A DNA stretch of 64,000 nucleotides from Calcarisporiella thermophila CBS 279.70 (Eukaryota > Fungi > Calcarisporiellomycota). Position 1 is the stretch's first letter. Each line of letters starts with the position of its first letter. The translations under genes were made by a program, and so were the position numbers. The stretch is taken from assembly GCF_041956535.1 (NCBI RefSeq), contig NW_027192206.1, forward strand, positions 551,504 to 615,503, read 5' to 3'. Below, one piece after another: positions 49,779-61,964 of the stretch. The notes under the pieces are model-generated. The model made no database searches. It saw only the letters and a list, made by a program, of their open reading frames with translations, and was not told the DNA's origin.

Positions 49779-50966
49779 TCAACACGGACAGAGAGGCGTG
49801 CCACTAGGATCTACAATCACCTCGCATCCTGCTGTCAGTGCGCGCTCTATTCCACATGTCAAGCACTCGTGTTCATACATGTGATAGCATTTTCGTCGAA
49901 GATGTCCTGCGGCAATAAGAGCCTGAATGTGACCTACTGGATTGTTATGTGCCAACACCAACAAGGCTTTTGCTTTACTATATTCTAATATTAGACCTGG
50001 CCGACAGTCTTGCAGACCGTCTTCGACAAAAACTGGTGCTTCATTATGATGACAAGCTTTCCCAGCCAAAAAGCATAGTCGCATCACATCCTCAACTATC
50101 ATTGAGTCAGAGAAGGAAGCGCCAATACCAATCAGGAGGTTAACTTGAGGGGCTATTTCCAAAATATAGGCACACGTTCTGGTATGTTCCGAAGTCTGAT
50201 CCGAAATCCACAAGCCCTTCCCTGAACCAGGTATACTCAAAAATTTGAGTAGCTGCGAGGAGCTCTCTCCAATTATGTCGAGTTCTTTAAGTCCGCCTTC
50301 GAAAGTGACAATATACTCACTCAATAATGCCGAAGCGGCTACAGAGCGCCACCCAACGACCTTTTTATTTCCGGATGTCGGCGCACTCACTATTGCTTGG
50401 AACCATTGCTTTATACCTGCACCAAGCATCCACTGTAACTGAAGAGCATGCTGGGTTCGTGTTCGCATAGCCGCTTGAGGTGGTCGATAAACCATTATAA
50501 GTCCGAGGTTATTGAGCAACTCCATTAGCAATTTGCACGCTTTTGGGCGAAACACAGCACCAAGATCACTGGAAGTATAGATCTCCTTAAGCCATGGTTC
50601 AAATCCTTCCTTGAAGCGTGGTAGAAATTGCAATGCTCTCAGCATACTTTCCAAGGTTTTCGCCTGTCGCAACCCCTCCTGTTCACTGTCCTTGCTTGGG
50701 GGGTAAAAAGAGTTAAATATGATGCCAACACGAGATGGTTCGATATAATATTGATTGCTCCCAAAAGTATAAATTTGCATACGATCAGCTTTAGCGTAAG
50801 TTTTATCGTAGGAACTCTCTGGTTCATCCTGCTCAGGCTTAACTGGATTGGACATATTGATATTCAAAAATGGAATATGTGCAGAATACGAGGGCGGAGA
50901 AAGTGAGATTGTATCGTCTTGTAGCAGTGAGAATTGTACCTCAATTTTGCTGGCGTAGCTTTTCAA
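49779..50966 (-). CDS. Intronless protein of unknown function with a C-terminal HECLTC motif
   Basis: 395-codon open frame; likely start MSNPVKPEQ near 50855; no family recognised with confidence. Confidence 0.55.
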   Translation of the reverse strand: MKSYASKIEVQFSLLQDDTISLSPPSYSAHIPFLNINMSNPVKPEQDEPESSYDKTYAKADRMQIYTFGSNQYYIEPSRVGIIFNSFYPPSKDSEQEGLRQAKTLESMLRALQFLPRFKEGFEPWLKEIYTSSDLGAVFRPKACKLLMELLNNLGLIMVYRPPQAAMRTRTQHALQLQWMLGAGIKQWFQAIVSAPTSGNKKVVGWRSVAASALLSEYIVTFEGGLKELDIIGESSSQLLKFLSIPGSGKGLWISDQTSEHTRTCAYILEIAPQVNLLIGIGASFSDSMIVEDVMRLCFLAGKACHHNEAPVFVEDGLQDCRPGLILEYSKAKALLVLAHNNPVGHIQALIAAGHLRRKCYHMYEHECLTCGIERALTAGCEVIVDPSGTPLCPC

Positions 50967-51189
50967 AGTTTGAGAGGAGATTCCAAAACTGATCAGATAT
51001 ACTGAATTTAGAAATTCTCGTTGTTTCGCAATTGTTTCACGGAAAAATGGAAAGATGGATTTCGATATTTTATCTTCTCTTACATATAAAGAGCAATCAA
51101 ACAGCTTTGTTCAATTTATTTTCCATTCTCGCGGTTGGATGCTTTTAATTTCCCATTTATTAGAACACACCAATAAAGCGCTAACAATA

Positions 51190-52110
51190 ACGGTCAAGTA
51201 CTGGTATCCCTTGCCTCGGATCGACGGACTCGAAGACACAACAATGCAGAGATTTTTTTGAAAATCGAACTTCAATCAGGATATCACCAGATACGGATCG
51301 CAAAAGAAGATATTCCCAAGACTGCCTTTAGAGCCCGCTATGGTCACTTTGGATTACGCGTTTTACCATTCGGCCTCACTAATGCCCCAGCAACATTTAT
51401 TATCTTGAATGATATTCTCAGACCTTTTCTCGACAAGTGCGTAGTTGTGTACGTAGACGACATCCTCGTTTACAGTAAGAACAAGAAGGAACCCCTAGAA
51501 CACCTAGAACACCTCAGACAGACCCTCCAGATATTACGAGACCATAAGTTTTACGCCAAAGCAAGCGAGTACGATTTTTTCAAGACCAGCATAGATTTTC
51601 TTGGGCACGCATTTTCTTCCGATGGCATGGAGTAGACCCAAAGAAAACCAGTGCAAATGAAACCTGGCCATCACCCCAGAACGTCAGAGAACTCCAACCT
51701 TTTCCCGGACTTGCCAACCATAATCGAAAATTTGTGAACAACTTCGCAGAAATTGCCGCACTGCTATTCAATCTCCTTCGCAAGGATATTCCCTTTTTCC
51801 TAGACCCAGGAATGCAATAACACCTTTGTTTAGCTCAAAACCACTTTGCTCGCCTCGCCCACTCTTAAGATCCCTATTCCATCGATACCGTTCGTAGTTT
51901 TCACAGACGCCTCTGACTTCGCCATTGGTGCAGTATTAACACAGCCCGCAGAAAATAATTTACTGCAGCTCGTCGCCTACGGATCAAGGAAACTATCCCC
52001 CGCCGAGCAACATTACGCTACTCGCAGAAAGAATCTTTTGGCCATCGAACACCCTCTTAGAGTTTGAAGAATTTTAACTAGAAGGAAATCGTTTCAACGT
52101 TATCACCGAT
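51190..52110 (+). mobile_element. Degenerate Ty3/gypsy reverse transcriptase and RNase H fragment
   Basis: YPLPRID, SGYHQIRI..KTAF..PFGLTNAPATF, YVDDILVYS, FLGH, FTDASDFAIGAVLTQ, SRKLSPAEQHY; frameshifted. Confidence 0.9.
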
Positions 52111-52195
52111 CCAAGAGTCCTTATATTTTACCCTATGGTCTTAAATGGAAACCTAACGAATTAAAATAAAGACTGAGCACTGCGCCGCTTATTGA

Positions 52196-52201
52196 ACGCG
52201 T
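52196..52201. promoter_or_regulatory. MCB-like element ACGCGT upstream of CTF8
   Basis: ACGCGT 44 bp upstream of the ATG. Confidence 0.5.
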
Positions 52202-52244
52202 TTTTATTCAAAATTAATTCTCCTGAAGTTATTCAAAACTAATC

Positions 52245-52719
52245 ATGGTAGTAATTAAACTTCAACTTAAAGATACAGACGCAGCGGATCCAGCACATAT
52301 CGGCTCAGAGTTAGTGCTTCTAGAATTACAAGGTACTATTGAGACAGGCGATGATGAGATGTCTGCAGATGAATTGTTGGATGTCGGGAAAATGAAATTT
52401 TCGGATAATGTGAGTTATAAATGCTAATTCTAGCAAGTCATATGTTTCATTCCAGTCTCATATTTATTGCTTATATGACTATCGATTATAGGATATACCG
52501 TACTTCACTATTGGTCATCATCGCCTTGAAGGAAAACTCATTAAGCTTGATCGACCTCTCGCAGTCATCCACAAAGAAACTGCTGCCGATAGCGTAAACT
52601 CAACCATGATCGTCAATAACGACGCGGAAGAAAGAGCAGAAAAATATGAAGTCGTTTCATTGATAAGGCATAAATACGTGTTCAAACAGAGACCAGAGCC
52701 TATGTTGGCAGAAAATTGA
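52245..52719 (+). CDS. CTF8: Chromosome transmission fidelity protein 8 (Ctf18-RFC subunit)
   Basis: LLELQGTIE..|..TIGHHRLEGKLIKLDRPLAVI..YEVVSLIRHKYVFKQRPEP. Intron 52410-52491. Confidence 0.88.
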
Positions 52720-53202
52720 TACCCAACTTTTACTTGTTATTTTTTTTTCCTGCGAGGTTCGATGATACTGCAGATGTAATTGTCACCATTTTTTATTTTT
52801 TTATTCCAAAAATTTTAAGTAGAGTTCGAAGTTTTGCTTATATTGACATTCCCGTTTATCTGCATTTAATTGTGTTTTTTCATTTCGATGTATTGTAAAT
52901 ATATTTCAAACGGGCTCGACTCGCAATTTAACGTAGAAATTTGTGACGTAAACATTTATGGTATTCGTGCCATTTCAATTCACGCTATTATTTCTCTTGG
53001 CTCTATCGCTTAACACTGGAAAATTCTATCCTAGTTTAGAATATATATGATATAGCGAATAGCTCCTCGTGTTCTTTCCTGAACTCTTTACTTACTCCCC
53101 ACACTTTTTTTTCACGATTATATCCCCTATAATCTTGTAATCAATTCAGATCAATCTGAACATTCATAATTCTGAACTTCAGAGAGGAGCCACACTATAG
53201 TC

Positions 53203-56200
53203 ATGCCGGTTAACGGCAAATATTCGGCATCGAAGCCCAATCAAACTACAAACGCATCCGTAGATCCCATGTCTCCCTCCTCAGTTACCAATAATAGACC
53301 TTTGGATGCACTCTCAAGAGAAGGTCATGTTGAATTGGATATCCGATTTTCTGCAAAACATTATTTGACATCCGCAAGAAATTGCTTTGAGCGAGTGAGT
53401 ATATTAAATAGATCTCTGCGATTACTTAGGAAGCTGATGAATAGCCAATTTATATAGGGGGATGTAGAATACAAAAAGAATAATTTACAGGATGCGTATG
53501 TTTATTATATGCGCGGCTGCAAGTAATTGCCCTTTTTCTTAGTGTTTTTTCGGCTTGCTTTACTAATGATGTTTCGAATTCTTCTAGTATTGTCTCTTCC
53601 ATCCTGCCCACACACCCACAAAAGCAACTACTTCAATCTGCTCCATTAGTTGCTAGCTATAATAAACTTTATGAGGACGCTCATGTCAAAATTGATTTGC
53701 TTGAATCCATCGCCAAGGAGCTGAAGAAACAACAAAAGACGTTAGAAAGCGAGCAATCGAATGCTTTGAATGAATTGAGATCGAGGCCAGCTTCTATACA
53801 AAGCGACATAAGAGAGAATGAAGTGAAATGTGAATCGTCACAAGAGGCGAGACGTGCGGGTATGATCGACAGCAGCAGCTTAGTGAAACCTTCCGAGTGG
53901 CGTGCCAGGAACGCGGAGCGACCCATGCCAATTTATTATAAACCTGGATCTCAGAATAATACTAGCACCTCTGCCCCCAGCACTTCACTTTCTTCCTCGG
54001 AAAAAAGCGAGCATGCACCCCCTTCTTCCCGTTCGCCGTCTTTGGCCAATTCGGCTTCTCCGGTGCCATCCACAGCAGCCTTGAATAAACCAGCTCCTCC
54101 ACCTGTGGCGGTTAAGCCACAACATCTCATCTCAAAACCAGCATCTCTTCCCACTTCATCTTCGCTAGCCTATCTCCCGCTGCGCCCTTCCACTCGCGGA
54201 TTCCTCCCAGCCCCGCCACCTCCTCCTGTGTCTCCCCCCACAAGGCCCCCAGAGAGCTTAACGAGGATCACTCCCGCTAAACTTATAAGCTACTTCACGC
54301 GAGAACCTCGCCCGAACATTCTTTTGATTGACGTTCGGATGCAGGATGAATTTCGGCATGAGCGAATCCGTGCTCCTTATGTGATGAATCTAGAACCTTT
54401 GGTGTTGCGAGATGGAGTCGATTCAACAGCACTTGAAGCTTCGCTTGTTGTGGCAACCGACCGTGACCGAGAACTGTTTGCCGTACGGCATCACTTTGAC
54501 TTAGTGGTTTACTACGACCAGTCAAGTGAGAACCAAGAGGCCATGGGTCGGGTTGCAAAAAATCTGGTGGTAGCAATTGAAGACCTCGAAGTGAGAAAAC
54601 GCCTTATAAGGATGCCTGTTCTTTTGGTCGGGGGATTGGAGGGTCTAAAGCATGTGGCAGGTATGAAGTACATCGAGCAGGGTTGGGTAGAGGTGAATTC
54701 TCAGCCAACAGCAGGGTCGGCTGGACTGGAAACCAGTATTGGGCCCACCTTTACAACCGTTCAAGCAACTGAGCACGACAAGGCTTCCACGAATTTGGTG
54801 GCCAACCCAGTTAGTTCTAGCAATACCAACATGCCAAGCGGGGTGCCTGAGAATGATTATAACAGATCTAATAATGGTCCGACTGTTGACATGGATTCGA
54901 CGGCAAATAGGAGGTCTATCGATAATAGAAAGAGCTTCGAGAGCCGTACACCAGGCAGCAATAAGGAAGAAGTCATTAGCTCCTCTCCCACTGAAGTAGA
55001 ACCAGGTCAAGGCCAAAGCCGAGGTGCTGAATGGCTGGATGGTCTCCGTAGCCATCAGCAGGTTTCTCGCTCCCCTCCTTCGGGGCAGGGCTCGCACGCG
55101 ATCCTTATGAAATTGGCCAAAGGTGCTGCCATTAGTCCTGCACGTGGACAAGTGGTTGCCAAGAACATGTATGAGTTCATACAACATCAGCAGTCTGGTA
55201 ACCAGGTGCAGTCGATGGCATCTCCACAATACCCCCAACCCGTTGCTACGGGAGCTTCACCTGCATATATGGCTATGCCAGAGCCCTGGATGTACAAAAA
55301 CACGGGCGATTATTCCACAGGTTATAACGGGTACAGTGGCTATGATCGATATGGCGCTTATGGCAACTATGGACAACAGAACAACAATATGAAAGAGGGA
55401 GACGGGAGAGCTGTTCAACTGCAGAGGAGAAAAACGATTTTTGATGACAAGTATCATGGATTTGCGGGCTCTCTCTCTCACTCCACAATGAAGCCCCTAC
55501 CCGAGTCGTCTGCCTCCAATAGCAAGCCCATTCCGATTCCGTCTGCTGCAAATAGCGGCTCTTCTACCCCCTTTGTATCGGCTCCCATTCCTACTCCCAT
55601 GGCTCTGAAACCTATCAAACTTCAGGGTGATGATTGGTATGCCGCTACCTCGCAAAAAGCGGGGGACAGCCGTTGGGGCCTAGTTGGACTCAAAAACTTG
55701 GGCAACACGTGCTATATGAACTCCATGCTGCAATGCCTAAGTGCAACGGCCCCTCTGCGCCGCTACTTCCTCAATGGTGACTGGCTGCGCGATCACTCTC
55801 AGCGGAACCCACGCGGCCAAACTGCTCGTGCTGCTGCCCTTCCCAAATTACCAAAAGCTTTCGCAGAGCTTCTACGACAAATGTGGCACGGGGATAACGT
55901 GATGCTGTCACCCAATGAGTTTTGGAGGGTTGTTCGAAGTTTGAACGAGATGTTCGATAATAACGACCAGCATGACTCCCAGGAATTTTTGAGTTTCCTG
56001 CTGGATGTTCTTCACGAGGAATTGAAGGTTCCGGTGCAAGCCAATTCAGCACAGTATAAAAAGGGGTCGAAGGAAGCGAATGCGGAGGAGGAGCGGTTCC
56101 AGGCGGAACTGGAACAAATGCCGGATTCAGCCGCTGCTGAAGCCGCTTGGCAGAGATATTTGATGCGCGAATGGTCTGAGGTGGTGCGGCTCTTTATGGG

Positions 56201-56777
56201 GCAGCAACGTTCGCGTTTACAATGCTGCACGTGTGGTCGGGCCTCCAGCACCTATTCCGCCTCCAATATCCTCTCGCTTCCCGTGCCGGAAACCAACGGG
56301 GGGGGTCCAGTGACATTGGAACGATGCCTGGAGGAGTATCTACGGGTCGAGCTGCTTTCGGGGGAGAATGCATGGCAATGCCCGCAGTGCAAAGTGCCGC
56401 GACAAGCAACCAAGCAGCTGAGTTTAACTCATCTTCCAGACATACTTATTGTGCATCTTCGCCGCTTCAAGTTTGATCCACCGCATAGAACCAAGCTCGA
56501 GGTGGACGTGAGATGCCCTTTGCGTCGGCTGGATCTAAGTCGATTTGTGGAGACGAAGATGCCCGAGGGGCAACTGGTGTACCACCTGTATGCCGTCTCG
56601 AATCACATGGGAACCCTGAATGGGGGTCACTATACGGCCAACGTACTCAACGGGGCGAATGGGGTCTGGCATACCTTTGATGACTCTCGAGTTACCGTAT
56701 GCAGGGAAGAGAGCGTCATGAGCCGTGCTGCATACACATTGTTTTATGTCAGGGATGCGCCACCGCCTGTAAATTAA
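53203..56777 (+). CDS. DOA4: Ubiquitin-specific protease, Doa4/USP8 family (N-terminal MIT-like, rhodanese, UCH)
   Basis: AYVYYMR N-terminal region, LLIDVR..LVVYYD rhodanese, GLKNLGNTCYMNSMLQCL Cys box, QHDSQEFL, YAVSNHMGTLNGGHYTA His box; two short 5' introns. Confidence 0.92.
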
Positions 56778-57608
56778 GCGGTGCTGGTTTATTATATGAG
56801 GGCTTTCCCAATCTATACGTTCGTTTTTACCTATTACTCTCCTATATATCTCCTTTGTTTAAATCTCCACCAAGTCCTCTATTTTTATTTTCTCCAATCG
56901 GGTTTCTTGTCTCTTCTGCAGAACATTTTACTACACTTTCTGGTCTTTATGGTTATTTCTCAGTTTTTTTCTTTCTTATTTTTACAAACTTTTGTTCATA
57001 TATGTAATATATATATTTGAAGCCCGTGGCTTTTTTTTCCTCTTGCATTCTCCTTTATCTTTCTTTATATATTTTTATCCCCATGCCACTTCCAACCCTA
57101 ATAGACTTTTGTCTGCTTACTCCTTATCGACTATACCGTCGCATTCAATAAGCTATCCATCAGGTGTTTCATTAAAAATTACATATCGTTAGAGTAATCT
57201 TTATGAAAACCTGGTGTAATTGAGCAATAATTATCTTTCTGATTTTTGGTATTCAACTTAGCGGATGCGCTACCTTCCTTATACCAGCCTTTTTATTCAG
57301 AGCTTCTAAGCATTTTCTTTACTAGGGACCTGCTAGTTACCAAAGATTAGTTATTCATTGAGTTGATACCAAATAAATTCGATTTGGAGAAATAATTTTA
57401 CAACTAGGTTCACTGTAAAACTTAAACGAAGCATTAATTGCTGAAAGGTTATTTCTATGTTTGATGTAATACGATTCAAAATCATCCTCGGTATATAAAG
57501 TTTCGTCCTTGAGAAAAGAGATATATAATATGGATTATAAAGGGGGGCAAGTGAATCTGCTTGTACTAAGCAACGTTTTTCTTCTTATAGACTAATCTAT
57601 TTGTCTAT

Positions 57609-58662
57609 CTATACTAGAATTGTAAGTATGGTTCTCACTACTGACTGTAAGCATTGCTTGACTTTTCCACAAGGAAATTCAGACTCGAGTTTCAAAGTGG
57701 TATCTCCTTTCATAGGTGGGATTCGCCTTATCTTTTCCGATGGTTTTCTAAGGAAATATGAAGTGTAAGACGAAGTTGGTATGCCACTCTCCCTACAATA
57801 AATCTGGATATGTAAAGTGCTTAGAAAATATTGGGCACAGTGAATCGCGATAGATTCAAGCGGCGCATATTCACCACTGGGCACAACTTCCCCGAACGCT
57901 TCTCAATCATGAAGATGTTGGATACTACTCCTGGGGTGTTAATTGAAACTTCCCCTATCGTCCGTTTCTTCGACAATGTTTTCACCTCTTCCGCTCTGGC
58001 TACGGTGCTTACTTGGTTGGTGGGAAGACTTTTTGGTGGAGGAGGGTCCCCCTACTTGGTTGAGGTTCGGTTGATTCCAAAACTGTATTCTGTATCCCGC
58101 TTTGACTATCCTGTGTATTCAAGATGGTGAGGAAGTTTCTCGTCACGCGTTTTCGAATTTTTGCATTCTTCCTTCGACCTGTATGCGAGGCTTCTACCTG
58201 TCGGGGGCTTGCGATGTGACTTAACCTTTGGACGGGGAGGGTCGCTTTGCCTCGCCCGTATTCTTCCAGTTTTTTGATATAAATGTCTGACTACGTTGAG
58301 CTTGTAGGTTAGTCTGTTCGTATACCTGCAGCTGTTGTGGCTTCTCCCTGAGGGTATACATTCGTCTTCTCCGTGCACGGATCCTTGCTCTTATAGATGC
58401 CAGGTCCTCATGCAATGCTTTCTCCTCGAACACAAAACTTCTTCCCTCTCTTTGACTAGGCGCGGTGGCGAAGAAATTTGCCGCTTTGTAGGACTCGCGT
58501 CTGACCTAGTCCGCAGTCTATTTCAAAAAACCAAGACAGCTTGAACACTCCCACTGATTCTGTCTGATTCTTTGTGGAAATTCCCTTTGTCTTAATATTA
58601 TTGAGATTCTTTGACTCCGAATCACTCAGCGAATAGCTGGAATTACTGTGTTCTTTATCCAT
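57609..58662 (-). pseudogene. Fragmented ORF remnant, possibly retrotransposon gag
   Basis: Short minus-strand ORFs in changing frames, with a coiled-coil-like stretch and QYFLSTLHIQIYCRESGIPTSSYTSYFL resembling a gag N-terminus; no diagnostic motif. Confidence 0.3.
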
Positions 58663-58715
58663 TCATCAAATCTGTTTACAACACCATCACATTATCTGCA
58701 TTAGCCCATCCCAAT

Positions 58716-61401
58716 ATGTTCAGCTTCAGCGACTCTGTAGCAAAACCCATCTCGATGAGTAGAGGGCGGCAGAAGCGCCTCCAGAGGGCCATGGTGCTAG
58801 CTCAGGGGAATAATACAGGTGGAGAGACTATGGTTAAGAACACGCCTGTGCCAGACACGTCGCTACCCAAAAATCTACACCTGCTGCAAGTCTGGACCAC
58901 GCGATCAGAGGGTGTGGACGGCCTTGTACTCAGGGCAGAGGTGGGTGCTGAATTGGGGATTGAGTCCCTGGGGAAGCTACTCGACAATGTTGCCCAAGGA
59001 AAATATGCCCTATGGAAGGCAGCCTCTCGATTGAAGCCATATGCGATTAAGGCATGGACTTCCAGCCAGGAAGCCCACCCTCCGAGCGAGAGCATCCCAC
59101 ACCGGGTTAAGCCGCCTCGAGTGGTCAGCTCACGACACGCGGCCAGCCTATTTGGGTGGTCAAACAANNNNNNNNNNNNNNNNNNNNNNNNNNNNNNNNN
59201 NNNNNNNNNNNNNNNNNNNNNNNNNNNNNNNNNNNNNNNNNNNNNNNNNNNNNNNNNNNNNNNNNNNNNNNNNNNNNNNNNNNNNNNNNNNNNNNNNNNN
59301 NNNNNNNNNNNNNNNNNNNNNNNNNNNNNNNNNNNNNNNNNNNNNNNNNNNNNNNNNNNNNNNNNNNNNNNNNNNNNNNNNNNNNNNNNNNNNNNNNNNN
59401 NNNNNNNNNNNNNNNNNNNNNNNNNNNNNNNNNNNNNNNNNNNNNNNNNNNNNNNNNNNNNNNNNNNNNNNNNNNNNNNNNNNNNNNNNNNNNNNNNNNN
59501 NNNNNNNNNNNNNNNNNNNNNNNNNNNNNNNNNNNNNNNNNNNNNNNNNNNNNNNNNNNNNNNNNNNNNNNNNNNNNNNNNNNNNNNNNNNNNNNNNNNN
59601 NNNNNNNNNNNNNNNNNNNNNNNNNNNNNNNNNNNNNNNNNNNNNNNNNNNNNNNNNNNNNNNNNNNNNNNNNNNNNNNNNNNNNNNNNNNNNNNNNNNN
59701 NNNNNNNNNNNNNNNNNNNNNNNNNNNNNNNNNNNNNNNNNNNNNNNNNNNNNNNNNNNNNNNNNNNNNNNNNNNNNNNNNNNNNNNNNNNNNNNNNNNN
59801 NNNNNNNNNNNNNNNNNNNNNNNNNNNNNNNNNNNNNNNNNNNNNNNNNNNNNNNNNNNNNNNNNNNNNNNNNNNNNNNNNNNNNNNNNNNNNNNNNNNN
59901 NNNNNNNNNNNNNNNNNNNNNNNNNNNNNNNNNNNNNNNNNNNNNNNNNNNNNNNNNNNNNNNNNNNNNNNNNNNNNNNNNNNNNNNNNNNNNNNNNNNN
60001 NNNNNNNNNNNNNNNNNNNNNNNNNNNNNNNNNNNNNNNNNNNNNNNNNNNNNNNNTATCCATAATGGCATGATGGCTGCAATGGCGCTACACGTGCACC
60101 TAGGGTGGAGTTGTGACCTGGGAGAGTATTTCATAATGGGTACTAGTTTGCCGCGACATGCCTCAGTAGGATGGGGAAATGCGTATCATCTGGTCAGATG
60201 GGCGTGCAAGACTGGAGCTGCAATGATGGCCAGTGAAAGGAGGATCCAAGCTGGTCCCGACGGAGATGGGTTTGTTGATCATCTGATTCATGAAGCTGCT
60301 GTCTTGTACACAACATTAGACGAAGAGTTGCGGCCGATCGCTCGCACGTGGTACAACGGAATGTGTTCAGCAATAACGGCCCTGGCTGGATTGCAAGGGC
60401 GATGTATCAGAGTAGAAGGCGGGTACAGGAGCTTCGTTAGGACCGTATTAAGCCTCGAGCCAGAGATTCGGTCTGGGGGACATGCCCACTGTCTCCATTG
60501 TGAGGCCCTAGTCTGTCGGAAGCGGGCGGCCAACCGTCTGCGGAGGAAACTTGAGTACGCAGTGCAGCAGGGCGGATTACTTCTTTGCGGGACAGACACC
60601 GAATTGGCACTCCTCGTGGCATGGCCAAACAACCCTGCGGGCCTCCTGCGTGCCATTGGTGCTGCGCGGGGGACTAATAACACTTTTATAGATGTGCAGG
60701 ATCCTACTCTATACGGTCGCACTCCTGCTTATGGATCTAGGCCTATCATACCCTTGTGGGTCGACGGCAACGCTCGCTCATTGGCGATATACTACGGCCG
60801 TCTGAAATGGAACGGTGTATTCTGCCGGCTGGACATTCTGGTGCAGAGCAATCCAGTCATACAGGGGGAAGCTCCCCTCGCCAGAACGTGGAAAGCCAAG
60901 ACGGTTAGGTCACTGATATCCTTGTGGCGTATGCGGGGAGACGATGTCTTCGGGGTTGGGTTCCCCAAAGCCAGTTGTTGGCCATCCCACAGTCGGCGTC
61001 TTGAGGCTGTCCGGTTGCCCATGCAGCCATTCCAGCAGAGAGATGACGGCGAAGCCTCCGTGGCCCTCCTGAGGTCAGCATCTAATGGAGAGCTTGGGGG
61101 TGGGTGGTCATCATGGGAGTTCCTCTCCAGAAATACACAAGACATAGTCAGAATCTATGCCAGGGCCCAATAGCTGCTGCCTGCCGCTAGACTCTCTCAT
61201 GTCGTGCGGGGACAATGCGGCACGTCCGATGCTGCCGCAGTACTGTACTGCCATGCAAATGCTCTTGCACACTTAATTGTCACTGTTGCATGCTCTTACG
61301 GACACTCTACAGCTCTATTTGGTAGGACGAATGACGCTGCGCTCTATATTGGATTGGCCAGCTTGGCCGAGGGTCGGTTCCACTTCTTGGTGGAGTTATA
61401 A
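58716..61401 (+). pseudogene. Large intronless gene of unknown function spanning the assembly gap, with an in-frame TAG at 61171-61173
   Basis: Open frame 58716-59167 before the gap and 60057-61170 after it; the same frame resumes past the TAG to 61401. Continuity across the gap is assumed. Confidence 0.5.
59168..60056. other. Assembly gap (N run)
   Basis: 889 N characters. Confidence 1.
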
Positions 61402-61479
61402 TAAATGCAAGATTTCGTATATGATATGTAACGAATTCAAAGATGTAGAGCAAAGAAGCATAAAAATGGTTTCGAGAAT

Positions 61480-61711
61480 ATATGGGAGTTTCCACATAAA
61501 ATCAGACAGAAACAGATTTAAAAGTAAGAATTATGAAAGTTGATTGGGCCAAACTATTAAGATATAATTCTCCAATATTATAGATATAAATTTGAGAGCT
61601 AATAACTCCGCGTATATCCACCCTAGAGCTCTCATTTTTAGTACAATCGATACACAATCACTTGTGTTAGCTTTCTAAAAACTACCATCAAAACTTTTCC
61701 TACCTCTAGTA
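61480..61711 (+). repeat. Dispersed AT-rich repeat, copy 2
   Basis: Reverse complement aligns with 21351-21590. Confidence 0.8.
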
Positions 61712-61964
61712 AGTTTTACTTTATTTTCTTACCTAACCTAAAACCTCCCAAAATAATATACCAATACTTACTCTAATATTTACCCCGAAATTTAATTTAT
61801 TAATTGGATTAATGTATAACCCTATACTTACCATGATACGTTCCATAGGTCATACTCGAAACCCTATAACATGGTTAATTGTACTAGCGGCATTTTTATC
61901 CACTCTTAAATCCCTTTAGCACTTTTTTATTCAATAGTATTGAATATTATTTTTTGATAAAGTA

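Noticed and set aside
58611-61173. Long ORFs crossing the N run
   Set aside because: Artefacts of translating Ns; only the flanking parts are informative.
61824-61835. ATACTTACC resembling the U1 snRNA 5' end
   Set aside because: Not followed by TGG or U1 stem-loops; AT-rich context.
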